Assembly (NCBI GenBank): GCA_017577365.2
Contig: PKRJ02000002.1
Location: forward strand, 5,921 to 69,920
DNA: 64,000 nucleotides
Origin: Gammaproteobacteria bacterium
Lineage (GTDB): Bacteria; Pseudomonadota; Gammaproteobacteria; Steroidobacterales; Rariloculaceae
Reading direction: 5' to 3'
Shown: in pieces, positions 40,801-50,328 of the stretch
Layout of the letters: the number at the start of each line of letters is the position of its first letter
Position numbering within the stretch: position 1 is the first letter of the stretch
Notes under the pieces: generated by a model
What the model saw: only the letters and a program-made list of their open reading frames with translations
The model's database searches: none
Told to the model about the DNA's origin: nothing
Program-made: the position numbers and the translations under genes

Positions 40801-41288
40801 AGGCGTCGGGCTGGGATTTCAACGCGTCTTACACGCTGGAAGCCGGACGATTCATCGTCGGAATCGACGGTATCGTGACGAAACAGAACAAGCTGAAGTT
40901 CATCGAGCCGACGAATCCGGGCGAACCTCCGTCGATCGACGACGAGCTCGGCGAGATGCGCCGGCCCGAATGGTCTTCGCAGCTTTCCGTGAACGTCTCG
41001 ACCGGTCGAATCTCGGCGTCCTGGCAGACGCAGTACTTGAGCGAGCAGGTGCTCGGATACGAGGACGGCGGTGAGATCGAAACGGCGCTGCAGAACTTCG
41101 GCCCGGCTGCCTTCACGGACGACGTGCTCATCCACAACGTCAGCGGTGCGTACGACGCGAGCGACAGGCTGCGGCTCTACGGCGGTATCGCCAACGTCAC
41201 CGACGTGAAGCCCTTCGTGACGGAGCGGTCGTATCCGGTCAGCCCCGTCGGCCGGGCGTTCTACGTCGGCGTGAACTTCAGGCTCTAG
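37845..41288 (+). CDS. TonB-dependent outer-membrane receptor (about 1147 aa)
   Basis: Signal peptide; TonB box EEVVVTGS; plug RTLTLVNGRRH...IESVEVLTGGASAVYGADAVTGVVN; GNPNLEPE; C-terminal GRAFYVGVNFRL. Confidence 0.95.
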   Translation: MTSIDNLARSRLSYLIALCTGTAVAPAADAQEVPSRTLDGFVEEVVVTGSRMVRSNANTAQPISTISAETLRQTGTTDIGEILNDNPALLSSITSSNSLDNEPGNVGAADNVGGSALDLRGLGFHRTLTLVNGRRHVSGIEGTLAVDISTIPSALIESVEVLTGGASAVYGADAVTGVVNIVLKDDFEGFELDLRPGVSGEGDAETSSLSLLFGRNFNERHGNVIVSFQHEYSAGLRQGDRDFLANDGMHDDDANPALRFQHGDIDAASTPNFSRYYDFSNTGLYPAGLRIPTAESFIAQYEQAFGETPALTAAELALIERAATAPPRVFLPGRTFNVTSPYGVVAIGTFGTGSIPLGAEPDVDGDGTPDCLQSFTGYNSTFAGAASFGGAGGCWFLDESGNPVPYKDGLIASNFNQFGASQSFIAPNSPYVLPKEEKYAVNFNGRYEFSPKAELFWESKYVYHEVEFGGGGHNFTDLLYGAPDNPFLPEALKPYADNEGHPVVGPGGLYISRDSDDWGPNISTNERTTYRLVTGARGSFDKPALDYEISANFGRFERKLIDREAMITDRFFAAIDVVTHPETGEPVCRSDLDPTAYPPTTPFNIPTYVGGGAPSPFFTFTPGDRQCKPANIWGGRGAISQEAIDFFTYDRIVEESIEQSVVTGFISGDSSRLFSLPGGPVGFVLGAEWREEKSRQTFDEYDRGIIQVAGVTPDGTPYSPGDFVGDVSNAAALGADPSTTLANTDASYDVWDVFAELSLPLLASKPFADELTIDAAVRRADYSTFGNNTTYRYGLVWAPVSDVRFRANYSRAIRVPNLFELYSPEQGQRFRPVDPCDAGQISQAPDPALRQANCVAHLASFNVPLENVFDASGNYIFDDPLSAGFPGVIGGNPNLEPEDATTKTFGVVLQPPKVDRLVLSLDYWDIVIDDAISSISAQNIVNGCYDAPSINNPFCELIQRNSNPTSAQAGGFTFLRQTMLNFGAAEASGWDFNASYTLEAGRFIVGIDGIVTKQNKLKFIEPTNPGEPPSIDDELGEMRRPEWSSQLSVNVSTGRISASWQTQYLSEQVLGYEDGGEIETALQNFGPAAFTDDVLIHNVSGAYDASDRLRLYGGIANVTDVKPFVTERSYPVSPVGRAFYVGVNFRL

Positions 41289-41371
41289 TGCAACGGCGTC
41301 GGCCGGCCGAACGCGTGCGGCACAGCGCACCCGGCCGGCCGCGCGAAACGAACAAGGACAGGACTCGAGCG

Positions 41372-42796
41372 ATGCATGTTCGTGCTTCATCGGCGCGCCG
41401 GCTCGCGCGCCACGCCGCCGCGGCCTGTATCTCGGCCGTGGCCGCTCCCGCGATCGCGCAGGTCGATCTTCCGGACTCGCTGCGCCCCAAGCTCGAGCTG
41501 CTCACTCCCGAGCAGCGCGAGTTCCTCGGAAGCGATTTCGTCGAGCGGTTCGCGCCGAGCCGAGAAAAGCTGATCGAAGCGCTCGAAAAGCGCTCGCCCG
41601 AGGAGGTCAAGGCGTACGTCGACGCGATGATGTGGGTCGAGCGTCAACAGAAATTCGAGGCAGACCGTGACTTCGCCGCGATCCCGCTGAATACCGAATC
41701 GCCGACCTTCAACGCATGGAAGATTCGCCGGCCGCGAAGCTTCGATCCGCCTCGGGAGCCTGGACCGATCGACCTTTCGCGCTACATGGGAGGCGGGAGC
41801 GGCATTCCGACGTTCGCGGGCGCGCCGGTAGCGCTGACGCCCGAAGATCTCGTCGCCGGTAACGTCGAGGTGGCGATCGTCGGCGCGCCGCTCAACATGG
41901 GGTCCGGTTGGCGGGACGCTGACCACGGCCCGCTCGCGCTGCGGCTCATGGGCCGTTACATGGCGGGCAACGACCAGTATACGCAGGTGAACCCGTCGGA
42001 GGTGCTCAACATCGTCGACTACGGCGACATCGCCATCGACAACGACAGCACGGAGCGCAGCATGCAGCACGTGCGCGAGGTGGTCAGAGAGATCGCCCAG
42101 ACGGGCGCGATTCCCGTGATCATCGGCGGCGATCACTCGCTCGAGTATCCGGACGTCGCCGCGATGATCGACGTGTACGGCAAAGGCAACGTCACGATCA
42201 TTCACTTCGACGCCCACTACGACATCGGACGCAACCGGCCTCATCTCATCGATCACGGGCAGCCGATCTATCGCTTGCTGTCGGAAGGCCTCATCAAGGG
42301 CGGCGATTACATCCAGGTCGGTCTGCGCGCGAGCGGACCGGACGAAAAGACGTACCGATGGATGCGCGAGGAAGGCTTCCGCTATCACACGATGGCCGAG
42401 GTCGAGCGGTACGGATGGGACCACGTTCTCGAGGAGGTCCTGGCGGAGGCCAAAGCGAACGGCCGCAGGCTCTTCATCTCGTTCGACGTGGACGTGCTCG
42501 ACCCGTCGTACATCGCCGGCACCGGGACGCCGGTGCCGGGCGGGCTGACGCCGCGGGAGGCGATTCCGATCGTGCGTCGGCTCTGCGCGGAGAACGACAT
42601 GGTCGGCTTCGACCTGGTCGAGGTCGCTCCCGAGCTCGATCCGACGTATGTGACGAGCCTGCACAGCGCGTTCATCGTCAAGGCATGCCTGACCGGAATC
42701 GCCATGAGAAAGCTCGGGCTCACGGAGCCGCACTACCTGAATCCCGTGACGCTCGATCACGCGCAGGACGGTCGCCGCGAGGAGAACGAACGATGA
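41372..42796 (+). CDS. Secreted agmatinase/ureohydrolase family protein with N-terminal extension; metal site intact
   Basis: Signal peptide ending AIA-Q; GGDHS, HFDAHYD, DHG, IQVGLR, SFDVDVLDP, PGGLT and DLVEVAP motifs. Confidence 0.9.
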   Translation: MHVRASSARRLARHAAAACISAVAAPAIAQVDLPDSLRPKLELLTPEQREFLGSDFVERFAPSREKLIEALEKRSPEEVKAYVDAMMWVERQQKFEADRDFAAIPLNTESPTFNAWKIRRPRSFDPPREPGPIDLSRYMGGGSGIPTFAGAPVALTPEDLVAGNVEVAIVGAPLNMGSGWRDADHGPLALRLMGRYMAGNDQYTQVNPSEVLNIVDYGDIAIDNDSTERSMQHVREVVREIAQTGAIPVIIGGDHSLEYPDVAAMIDVYGKGNVTIIHFDAHYDIGRNRPHLIDHGQPIYRLLSEGLIKGGDYIQVGLRASGPDEKTYRWMREEGFRYHTMAEVERYGWDHVLEEVLAEAKANGRRLFISFDVDVLDPSYIAGTGTPVPGGLTPREAIPIVRRLCAENDMVGFDLVEVAPELDPTYVTSLHSAFIVKACLTGIAMRKLGLTEPHYLNPVTLDHAQDGRREENER

Positions 42797-43668
42797 CGAA
42801 GACAACGCGCGGCTTCCTGTTCGCCGCGACTTTCTGCTTGCTGCAGCTCGGAGGCGCGACGGCATCGGCCGACGACGTGACCGCGCCGGTCGAGCCGAGC
42901 CTCGAGCACAAGCTGAAGGCGCTCTCTCCGAAGCAGCGCGAGTTTCTCGAAGGGCCGGGTCCCCTGCGGCTCTTTCCGAGTCGCGGAAAGCTCGTCGAGG
43001 AGCTCGAGCGGCGGTCGCCGGACGAGGTGAGACAGCTCGTCGCCGACATGATGGCCGCGGTGGCCGCGTTCGCCTACCGGCCCGGCGAGGACATGGGTGC
43101 GATTCCGTTGAATCCCGAGTCGCCGCAGTTCAACTCGTTCAAGGTGCTGAAGCCGCGCGCCCTCGACGAGCTCGAGCGCGCGCCGGGCCCCTTCAGCGTC
43201 AAGCGTTACATCTACGAGAGAGGAGGCATACCCACGTTCGCCGGCGCGCCCGTGGCGCTGACTCCCGAGGATCTCGTCGCCGGTGCGGTCGACGTCGCGA
43301 TCGCCGGCATCCCGCAGAACATGAGCAGCGGAAAGCGGGACGCTCGCAACGGTCCGAACGCGATGCGCGCGATGCACGGCATCGCCGATCGCGACCTCTA
43401 CTCGATGATCGATCCGGGCGCCGTGCTGAACATCGTCGATTACGGCGACTTCGCCGTCGATCGAATGAGCCTCGAGCGCGGTCTCGATCATGCCTACGAC
43501 ATGGTGCTCGACGTCGTCGCCGCGGGCGCCGTGCCGTTCCTCGTCGGCGGCGATCACTCGCTCATGTATCCGAGCGTCAAGGCCGTGCGCGACGTGCGTC
43601 CCGGCGAGCCGCTCGGCGTCGTGCATTTCGGCGCGCACCACAACGCCGAGCGCGACGGTTCTCGCTCG
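42793..43668 (+). pseudogene. Second ureohydrolase paralogue, N-terminal part (interrupted)
   Basis: Collinear with the upstream paralogue (GIPTFAGAPVALTPEDLVAG identical; GGDHS), then homology stops after HFGAHHNAER. Confidence 0.85.
43662..43668 (+). repeat. 7-bp direct repeat TCGCTCG at the left junction of the inserted block
   Basis: The same heptamer occurs at 57813-57819. It lies in a 9-bp inverted repeat, CGCCGAGCG-N10-CGCTCGGCG. Confidence 0.6.
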
Positions 43669-43745
43669 GCGGCGGGCGGAGCGGCTCCGCCGCCGACGCC
43701 GCGCCGCCTCCGCCTGCGCTGCCGACGTCGACCGAGATTCCAGGC

Positions 43746-44579
43746 GTGATCGCGGGCGGCGAGACATGGCGCGTCGTCTGGTCCTGGGAAGGCAACAATG
43801 CGGACGGCATCATCGCGGACGACGGCGGCAGGATGCTCTTCGCGAACAACGATGCGAGCAACGTGATGCGCCTCGACCCGGCGACCGGGCTCGCCGAGAT
43901 CATTCACGAGGACACGCGGACCGGCGGCGCGCTGTCGCGCAACAAGACCGGCGCGCTGTTCGTCGCCGCGCGCGGATTGCGCTCGGGGATCATTCAGCTC
44001 GAGCCCGAGCGCAGGGAGCTCGCGGCCTCGTTTCGCGGCGAGCCGCTCGAGTGCGTCGGCGGTGTGCTGAACGACCTCGCCGCCGACGCTCGCGGCGGCG
44101 TCTATTTCACGGTCACCGGAACGGGGCTTTTCTACGCGAACCCGCAGGGCGAGGTCACGCAGTACGGCGAGGGGATCACGGCCGCGAACGGCGTCGTGCT
44201 GAGCCCGGACGAGACGACGCTCTACGTCACGAACGGGGAGGTCGTGCTCGCGTTCGACGTCGAGGCCGACGGTGCGCTCGCGAACGGGCGCGAGTTCGGG
44301 CGGCTTCGCGGCGGACGGAGCGGCGACGGCTCGGCGGTCGACAGCGAAGGGCGCCTCTACGTTTCCACCGGCTCGTCCGTCGACGTCTTTGCGCCGGACG
44401 GGGAGTTCCTCGGGTCGATCCCGGGCCCGCAGGGCATTCACGGCGTCGCCTTCGGCGGCCCGGACAAGAAGACGCTGTTCGGCATCGTGTTCTACGGCGG
44501 CTGGGGCACGCCGAGCGCGCGCAATCAGGTCGTCGCGATCCCGATGATCGCGCAAGGCTACTTGGGGCGAGCGAAGTAG
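43746..44579 (+). CDS. SMP-30/gluconolactonase family protein, probably 5'-truncated
   Basis: NADG, LNDL, ANGVVLSPDE and GDGSAVDSEGRLY motifs. The frame continues upstream as a Pro/Ala linker to the junction with no RBS or signal peptide. Confidence 0.85.
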   Translation: MIAGGETWRVVWSWEGNNADGIIADDGGRMLFANNDASNVMRLDPATGLAEIIHEDTRTGGALSRNKTGALFVAARGLRSGIIQLEPERRELAASFRGEPLECVGGVLNDLAADARGGVYFTVTGTGLFYANPQGEVTQYGEGITAANGVVLSPDETTLYVTNGEVVLAFDVEADGALANGREFGRLRGGRSGDGSAVDSEGRLYVSTGSSVDVFAPDGEFLGSIPGPQGIHGVAFGGPDKKTLFGIVFYGGWGTPSARNQVVAIPMIAQGYLGRAK

Positions 44580-44663
44580 CCCGGCGGGGACGTGCCGCGG
44601 GAGGTTTACGATCGAGCGGCGCGTTCGGTATAAGCACGCCTTCGCCGAAGGAGAGGGGGGTCC

Positions 44664-45821
44664 GTGTCTCAACGTGCTTCGGGTCTCGATCCGGATCGCC
44701 TCGCCCATCTCAGGGCCGTCATCGAAGCGGATATCGCCGCAGGCCGCTATTTCGGCGCGGTGATCGCGGTCGCGCGGCACGGCGAGCTTGGTTTCTTCGA
44801 GGCGATCGGCCACGGCGACGAGGCGAAAACGCTCCCGCTCGCAAAGGATTCGGTCTTCTCGCTGTTCTCGCTGACGAAAGCTTTCACGAACGTGCTCGTG
44901 TTCCGCGCGATCGAGCTCGGGCAGTTCGCGTTGACGACGCGCGTCAGCGACATCATCCCCGAGTTCAAGGGCGGGCCGCGCGAGCGCGTGACGTTCTTCC
45001 ACTTGCTGACCCACACGTCGGGGCTTCCGCCCGTGTGGATTCCGAAGCCCGGGATGTACATCGATCGCCTCGACGAGATCATCCAGGCGATCTGCGAGAA
45101 CATCCACTCCATCGCACCGCCCGGCGAGCGCGTGCACTATTCGCCGCTCGTGCACCATGCGCTGATGGGCGAGGCCGTGCGGCGCTGCGATCCGCGAGGC
45201 AGAACCTATCGGCAGCTCCTCGAGGACGAGGTGCTGACGCCGCTCGGCATGAAGGACACCTCGATCGGCGTGCGCAAGGATCTCGCCGAACGGCATATCT
45301 TCCCGGACTTCCGCGGCAAGCCGCCCCAGGAGCACCTGAGCCGAAACTGCCCGGGCCCGCAGGGCGCGTTCGCGGACGAGCACGCGGAGATGCCGTGGGT
45401 CGGCGCCGTGTCCACGGTGCCCGATCTGTTCCGCTTCGCCGAGATGCTGCGCCGCGGCGGCACGCTCGACGGCCGGCGCATCGTGTCCCCGGCGATGCTG
45501 AAGCTCGCAACGCGCAACTGGACCGGGGACAAGCCGAACGAGCTCTACAAGGGCATCGCGATCAATCACGGGTGGGAGCCTTACCCGGCCTATATCGGGC
45601 TCGGCTTCAACCTCGCCGGCGAGAACGTCTGCCCGAACCTGTTCGGGACGCTCACGTCTCCGCGCACGTTCGGCAACTACGGCTCGGGCTCGACGCTCTT
45701 CTGGGTCGATCCCGAGCTCGACATGACGTTCGTCGCGTTGACCGCGGGCGTGATGCAGCCCGCGCCGAACATCGAGCGGTTCCAACGCCTGTCGGACATC
45801 GCAGCGTCGGCCGCGCTCTAG
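44664..45821 (+). CDS. Serine hydrolase, beta-lactamase class C / esterase family
   Basis: SxxK (FSLTK), LLTHTSG, PGERVHYS and PLGMKDT motifs. Confidence 0.88.
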   Translation: MSQRASGLDPDRLAHLRAVIEADIAAGRYFGAVIAVARHGELGFFEAIGHGDEAKTLPLAKDSVFSLFSLTKAFTNVLVFRAIELGQFALTTRVSDIIPEFKGGPRERVTFFHLLTHTSGLPPVWIPKPGMYIDRLDEIIQAICENIHSIAPPGERVHYSPLVHHALMGEAVRRCDPRGRTYRQLLEDEVLTPLGMKDTSIGVRKDLAERHIFPDFRGKPPQEHLSRNCPGPQGAFADEHAEMPWVGAVSTVPDLFRFAEMLRRGGTLDGRRIVSPAMLKLATRNWTGDKPNELYKGIAINHGWEPYPAYIGLGFNLAGENVCPNLFGTLTSPRTFGNYGSGSTLFWVDPELDMTFVALTAGVMQPAPNIERFQRLSDIAASAAL

Positions 45822-45960
45822 CGGATCGGCATTTGCCAGGCCGCCGTCGCCTCGCGTCTGATCGGCCGTCGTCGTTTCGTTATACTGCAGCGCAACGCAC
45901 GGCGCAGGTGCACGCGCCTGCGGCGGACGCGATCGATCGGCGACGGCTTGGGGCGGCGAC

Positions 45961-47652
45961 TTGAACACGAGCACGCAATTCGACCGAGACTACGACTACA
46001 TCGTGATCGGCGCGGGGACCGCGGGCTGCGTGCTCGCGGCTCGGCTGTCCGAGGATCCGCGGCACCGGGTCTGCCTGATCGAGGCCGGCGGATCGGAGCA
46101 GCATCCGTTCATCCGGATCCCGGCGGCCGTCGGCGCCGCGATCATGAGCCCGAAGTTCGGCTGGGGGCTGACGACGGTGCCGCAGCCTCACGTGAACGAT
46201 CGACGCATCCCGTTGCCGCGCGGCAAAGTCATCGGCGGCTCGGGCTCGATCAACGGCATGGCGTACTATCGCGGGCCCGCACAGGATTTCGACGACTGGG
46301 CTGCGATGGGGAATCCGGGCTGGTCGTATGCGGAGCTTCTGCCGTATTTCCTGCGCTCGGAGCACAACCCCGAGTACGCCGGCTCGCCGTACCACGCGAC
46401 GGGCGGCCCGATGGGCGTGAGCTTCCCGACGAGCCGTAACCGCCTCTGCGAAGCGTTCAACGCCGGCATCGCCGCGCTCGGCTACGAGTATTGCGAGGAC
46501 TTCAATGCGCCCGAGCCGCATGGCTACGGCTACCGGCAGGGCACGATCTGGAAAGGCCGACGCGTGTCCACCGCGAGCGCTTACTTGAGGCCCGCGATGC
46601 GGCGGCCGAACCTCGAGGTGCTGACCAGGACGCACGCGCGGCGGATCCTGCTCGACGGCAGACGCGCGGTCGGCGTCGAGATCCAGACGGGCGAAGGCGT
46701 GCGCAGGCTCGGAGCCCGCAAGGAAGTCGTCCTCTGCGGAGGCGCGTACCATTCGCCGCACGTGCTGATGCATTCCGGTATCGGCGACGAGCGGGACCTC
46801 AAGTCGTGGGGCATCGAGCCCCGGCACCATCTCCCGGCCGTCGGCCGCAATCTGCACGACCATCCTTCCGCGTTCGTCGTGATGGACATGGACGACCCGA
46901 CGTCGTACGGCGTGTCATGGAAGGCGCTGCCGCGCGACATCGCGAACATCGCGCAGTATCTCGTGAAGCGCACGGGGCCGCTCGCGAGCAACCTGTTCGA
47001 GACGAACGCGTACATCAAGACGCGGCCCGGCCTCGATCGGCCGGACATGCAGGTCGTCTTTCAACCGGCGAGGCGCAACATCAAGCCGTTCCCGATCCCG
47101 ATCGGGCACGGTTTCGTCGTCGCGGTCGTGTGTCTCTATCCGAAGAGCCGCGGGCGCGTGCGGCTCGCGGGCCCCGATCCGCTCGCGGCGCCGCTGATCG
47201 ATCCGGCTCTCTTGAGCGACGATGCCGACCTCGATGCGCTGATCCGCGGGCTGAAGCTCGCGAGACGAATCATCGCGCACGAAGCGTTCGCGAAGTACGA
47301 CGCGCGCGAGCGCGCACCGGGAGCATCGGTCACGGACGACGACGGCCTCGCAGCCTATATCCGGGAGACGCTCGTCACCGTGCACCATCCCGGCTCGACG
47401 TGCCGGATGGGGCCGCGCGGCGACGATACGGTCGTCGATCACGAGCTCAAGGTTCACGGCCTCGAAGGCTTGCGTGTCGCCGACGCGTCGGTCTATCCGC
47501 GCGTCGTCGGCGGCAACACGAACGCAAGCATCGTCGCGATCGCCGAGAAGGCGTCCGATATGATTCTCGGCAAGCCCGCGCCTGCGCCGATCGAGCGGCG
47601 TGCAGCCGCCGCGCCGGAAGCGGCCGACGCGCGCGAGCCGGTCGAAGCCTGA
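45961..47652 (+). CDS. GMC family oxidoreductase (choline-dehydrogenase-like)
   Basis: GAGTAG, RGKVIGGSGSINGM, GRNLHDH, HPGSTCRMG and GLRVADAS...GNTNA motifs. Confidence 0.92.
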   Translation: MNTSTQFDRDYDYIVIGAGTAGCVLAARLSEDPRHRVCLIEAGGSEQHPFIRIPAAVGAAIMSPKFGWGLTTVPQPHVNDRRIPLPRGKVIGGSGSINGMAYYRGPAQDFDDWAAMGNPGWSYAELLPYFLRSEHNPEYAGSPYHATGGPMGVSFPTSRNRLCEAFNAGIAALGYEYCEDFNAPEPHGYGYRQGTIWKGRRVSTASAYLRPAMRRPNLEVLTRTHARRILLDGRRAVGVEIQTGEGVRRLGARKEVVLCGGAYHSPHVLMHSGIGDERDLKSWGIEPRHHLPAVGRNLHDHPSAFVVMDMDDPTSYGVSWKALPRDIANIAQYLVKRTGPLASNLFETNAYIKTRPGLDRPDMQVVFQPARRNIKPFPIPIGHGFVVAVVCLYPKSRGRVRLAGPDPLAAPLIDPALLSDDADLDALIRGLKLARRIIAHEAFAKYDARERAPGASVTDDDGLAAYIRETLVTVHHPGSTCRMGPRGDDTVVDHELKVHGLEGLRVADASVYPRVVGGNTNASIVAIAEKASDMILGKPAPAPIERRAAAAPEAADAREPVEA

Positions 47653-47803
47653 TCCTGCCCGGTTTCTTCATTCGCCGTCATCGAGCGCGGCGGCGACCGC
47701 GGCAAGGTCGGCGACGAGATGCTCGAATGCGGTGTCGCGCTCGCCCACCGAGCCGAACGGCACGGTCTTGCCCGAGCCTCTGTGTCGAGGCTACGCTCGC
47801 GCC

Positions 47804-48076
47804 ATGGCCGTAGGTTGGGCCCGCGACGGGGCCGTTCAGGAACAAATCGACGCGAACGTCGAGGACGCGATCAACGCCGCGCGCAGCAGGCTGCCGACGG
47901 GCGAGAGCCTGGAGCATTGCGAAGACTGCGGCAGCGAGATCCCGAAGGCGAGGCGCGATGCGCTGCCGGGTGTTCGTCGCTGCGTGACCTGCCAGGCCGC
48001 GATCGACGACGCGGAACGCGCGGCGCCGCGCGCCGGCTACAACCGGCGCGGCAACAAGGACAGCCAGCTCCGCTAG
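47804..48076 (+). CDS. DksA/TraR family C4-type zinc-finger protein (YbiI-like)
   Basis: MAVGWARDGAVQEQID, CEDC...CVTC and YNRRGNKDSQLR. Confidence 0.9.
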   Translation: MAVGWARDGAVQEQIDANVEDAINAARSRLPTGESLEHCEDCGSEIPKARRDALPGVRRCVTCQAAIDDAERAAPRAGYNRRGNKDSQLR

Positions 48077-48404
48077 CGGGAGCGGCGCCTGCGGCGAAAC
48101 GAGAGCGAACCGCAAGCAGGCCTTCCTCGAACCTCGAACACTCAGCCTGTCTATCTTCTGGCCCATCAGGCAGAGGCGGCCGGCTCCCGTGCCGCTCGAT
48201 CGGCGCACGTTTCCGCTGCGGCCGCGCCTCGACATCGGCGTGCGGCAGTGACCGGCGGCAGCGCCGCTCTTCGCGCCGAAGCGCTTGATTTCATTGTGTT
48301 AACAACGTTAAGGCTACCGTTAATTACTTATCCCGGAATTCGCAGCCGCTAGGCTTTCCGACAACGCAACCGCGGGCTGACGATCCCGCTCACCCGTCGT
48401 TCCG

Positions 48405-50297
48405 ATGTCGGAAAGAAAAATCTCTACACAGCAGCCCGCCGCGCCGCGATGGATCGCAGTCCTCGTCGGTGCGGCATGCGCCGTCGGCGCGGCAGGCGTC
48501 CGTGCCCAGGGAGCGTCGAGCCTCGAGGAAATCGTCGTCACGTCGAGCGTCGTCGAGACGCCGCGCCGTCAGATCGGCGCCGCTGTGTCGGTCATCGACG
48601 GCGGCGAGATCGAGCTTCGCGGCTATCACTCGATCGCGGACGTGCTCCGGACGCAACCTGGAATCAGTGTCACGACGAGCGGCGGGCAGGGTAAGACGAC
48701 CTCCCTCAGAATCCGCGGCGAGGAAGCGCATCGGACGCTCCTCGTGATCGATGGCGTGAAGTCGATCGATCCGAGCAGCACGCAAGCGCAGCCGGTCTTC
48801 GACAGCTTGTTGACGACGGGGGACCTCGAGCGCATCGAGGTGCTGCGTGGGCCGCAGGGGTTCATGTACGGTGCCGACGCAGGCGGGGTCGTCAACGTGA
48901 TCACGCGCCGCGGCGAAGGCGATCTGGACGGCCGTATCGGCATCGAGCAGGGACCTTTCGACACGCGCAAGCTCGACGGCAGCGTCGCAGCCGGCAACGA
49001 GAAGGGGGACTTCTACGTTTCCATCACGGAGCTCGATACCAGAGGCTTCAACGCGATGACCTCGGATACCGTCCTCGCCGACGACGACGGCGCGGAGAAC
49101 ACGACGGTGCACGCCAAGCTCGGCTTGAATGCGGCGAGCAATCTGCGTGTGCAGCTCGTCGCGAGAGACATCGACGCGTTCACGGAATACGACGGTTGCT
49201 TCGGCGCGAATGGGCCGACGCACGTCTGCACCGGGACGATCGAGCAGAGGACCTACCGCGTCTCCGCGGACCACGACGGCGATCGTCTTGCGAATCGGAT
49301 CGCTTACAGCGAAATCGACATCGTCCGCGATGACTTCGCCGACGGAGAGCTTTCGTTCGGCACTCGGGGTGAGATCGCTCGGTTCGAGTATTCCGGCAGT
49401 TACCGTCCGACGGCCGGCACCACGATCGCTTACGGCGTGGATTTCCAGGACGAGCGCATGACGACGGCGACCGGAACGGAGCAGCGCGACCAGCGCGGTT
49501 ACTATGCCGAGTATCAGGGCGGGTTTGCCGATCGCTTCTACGTGTCGGCCGGCGTCCGGTACGACGACAACGAGGATTTCGGCACGCACACGAGCGTCAG
49601 GCTGAGTGCCGCGTACGTTCAGGATCTCGTGAGCGGCGCATCGCTGAAGTACCGCGCGAGCTACGGGACCGGATTCCGCGCCCCGAGCCTTTACGAGGTT
49701 GCCTATAATCGTGAGAGCGACACGCCGCCGGCCGCCGACACGGTGCTGCGCGAGGAACAGAGCCGCGGCTACGACGTCGGCGTCGAATATGACGGCCCCG
49801 GCGGCATGCACGTCGAGATCACGTATTTCCACCAGCGCGTGACGGACGAGATCTTTTTCGACCTCGAGGCTTTCTCCGGGTATCTCCAGTCGACGGGCAC
49901 GAGCGCGTCGAAAGGCGTCGAGCTCGCGGTGCGCGGAATCGTCCGCGAGCGCTGGCAGCTGTACGGCAATTGGACCTACAACGACACGCGGAACACGGAC
50001 GACCGGCAGCGCTGGCGCCGTCCGCGTCACCTCGCGAACGTCGGGGTGCTGTACGCGGCGCTCGACGACCGCCTGCGGATCTCCGCGAACTACAGAATAT
50101 CGAAGGACTCGATCGACATCGGCGACGTCGCGCTCGACGATTACGGCGTTCTCGACCTGTCCGCCGCGTACACGCTCGGCGAGCGCATCGAGCTCTTCGG
50201 CCGGATCGAGAATGCCGGCGACCGGGAGTACGAGGAGCTGATCGGTTATCGCACGGCGGGCCGGTCGCTGTACGCCGGCTTGCGTCTGCGGTTCTGA
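48405..50297 (+). CDS. TonB-dependent receptor, BtuB/heme-receptor size class (630 aa)
   Basis: EEIVVTS, ERIEVLRGPQGFMYGADAGGVVN, GFRAPSLYE and a C-terminal Phe. Confidence 0.92.
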   Translation: MSERKISTQQPAAPRWIAVLVGAACAVGAAGVRAQGASSLEEIVVTSSVVETPRRQIGAAVSVIDGGEIELRGYHSIADVLRTQPGISVTTSGGQGKTTSLRIRGEEAHRTLLVIDGVKSIDPSSTQAQPVFDSLLTTGDLERIEVLRGPQGFMYGADAGGVVNVITRRGEGDLDGRIGIEQGPFDTRKLDGSVAAGNEKGDFYVSITELDTRGFNAMTSDTVLADDDGAENTTVHAKLGLNAASNLRVQLVARDIDAFTEYDGCFGANGPTHVCTGTIEQRTYRVSADHDGDRLANRIAYSEIDIVRDDFADGELSFGTRGEIARFEYSGSYRPTAGTTIAYGVDFQDERMTTATGTEQRDQRGYYAEYQGGFADRFYVSAGVRYDDNEDFGTHTSVRLSAAYVQDLVSGASLKYRASYGTGFRAPSLYEVAYNRESDTPPAADTVLREEQSRGYDVGVEYDGPGGMHVEITYFHQRVTDEIFFDLEAFSGYLQSTGTSASKGVELAVRGIVRERWQLYGNWTYNDTRNTDDRQRWRRPRHLANVGVLYAALDDRLRISANYRISKDSIDIGDVALDDYGVLDLSAAYTLGERIELFGRIENAGDREYEELIGYRTAGRSLYAGLRLRF

Positions 50298-50328
50298 CCT
50301 CGCCCGCCCGGCGCGTTACGACGGAGTC

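Noticed and set aside
43669-43749. C-terminal tail AAGGAAPPPTPRRLRLRCRRRPRFQA of the track ORF 42358-43749
   Set aside because: This is out-of-frame read-through into the inserted block, not a real part of the ureohydrolase.
48330-48400. AACCGC...GCTGACGATCCC resembling the 3' half of a fluoride riboswitch, or a cobalamin/guanidine riboswitch
   Set aside because: The matching 5' conserved elements are missing; not supportable without an Rfam scan.
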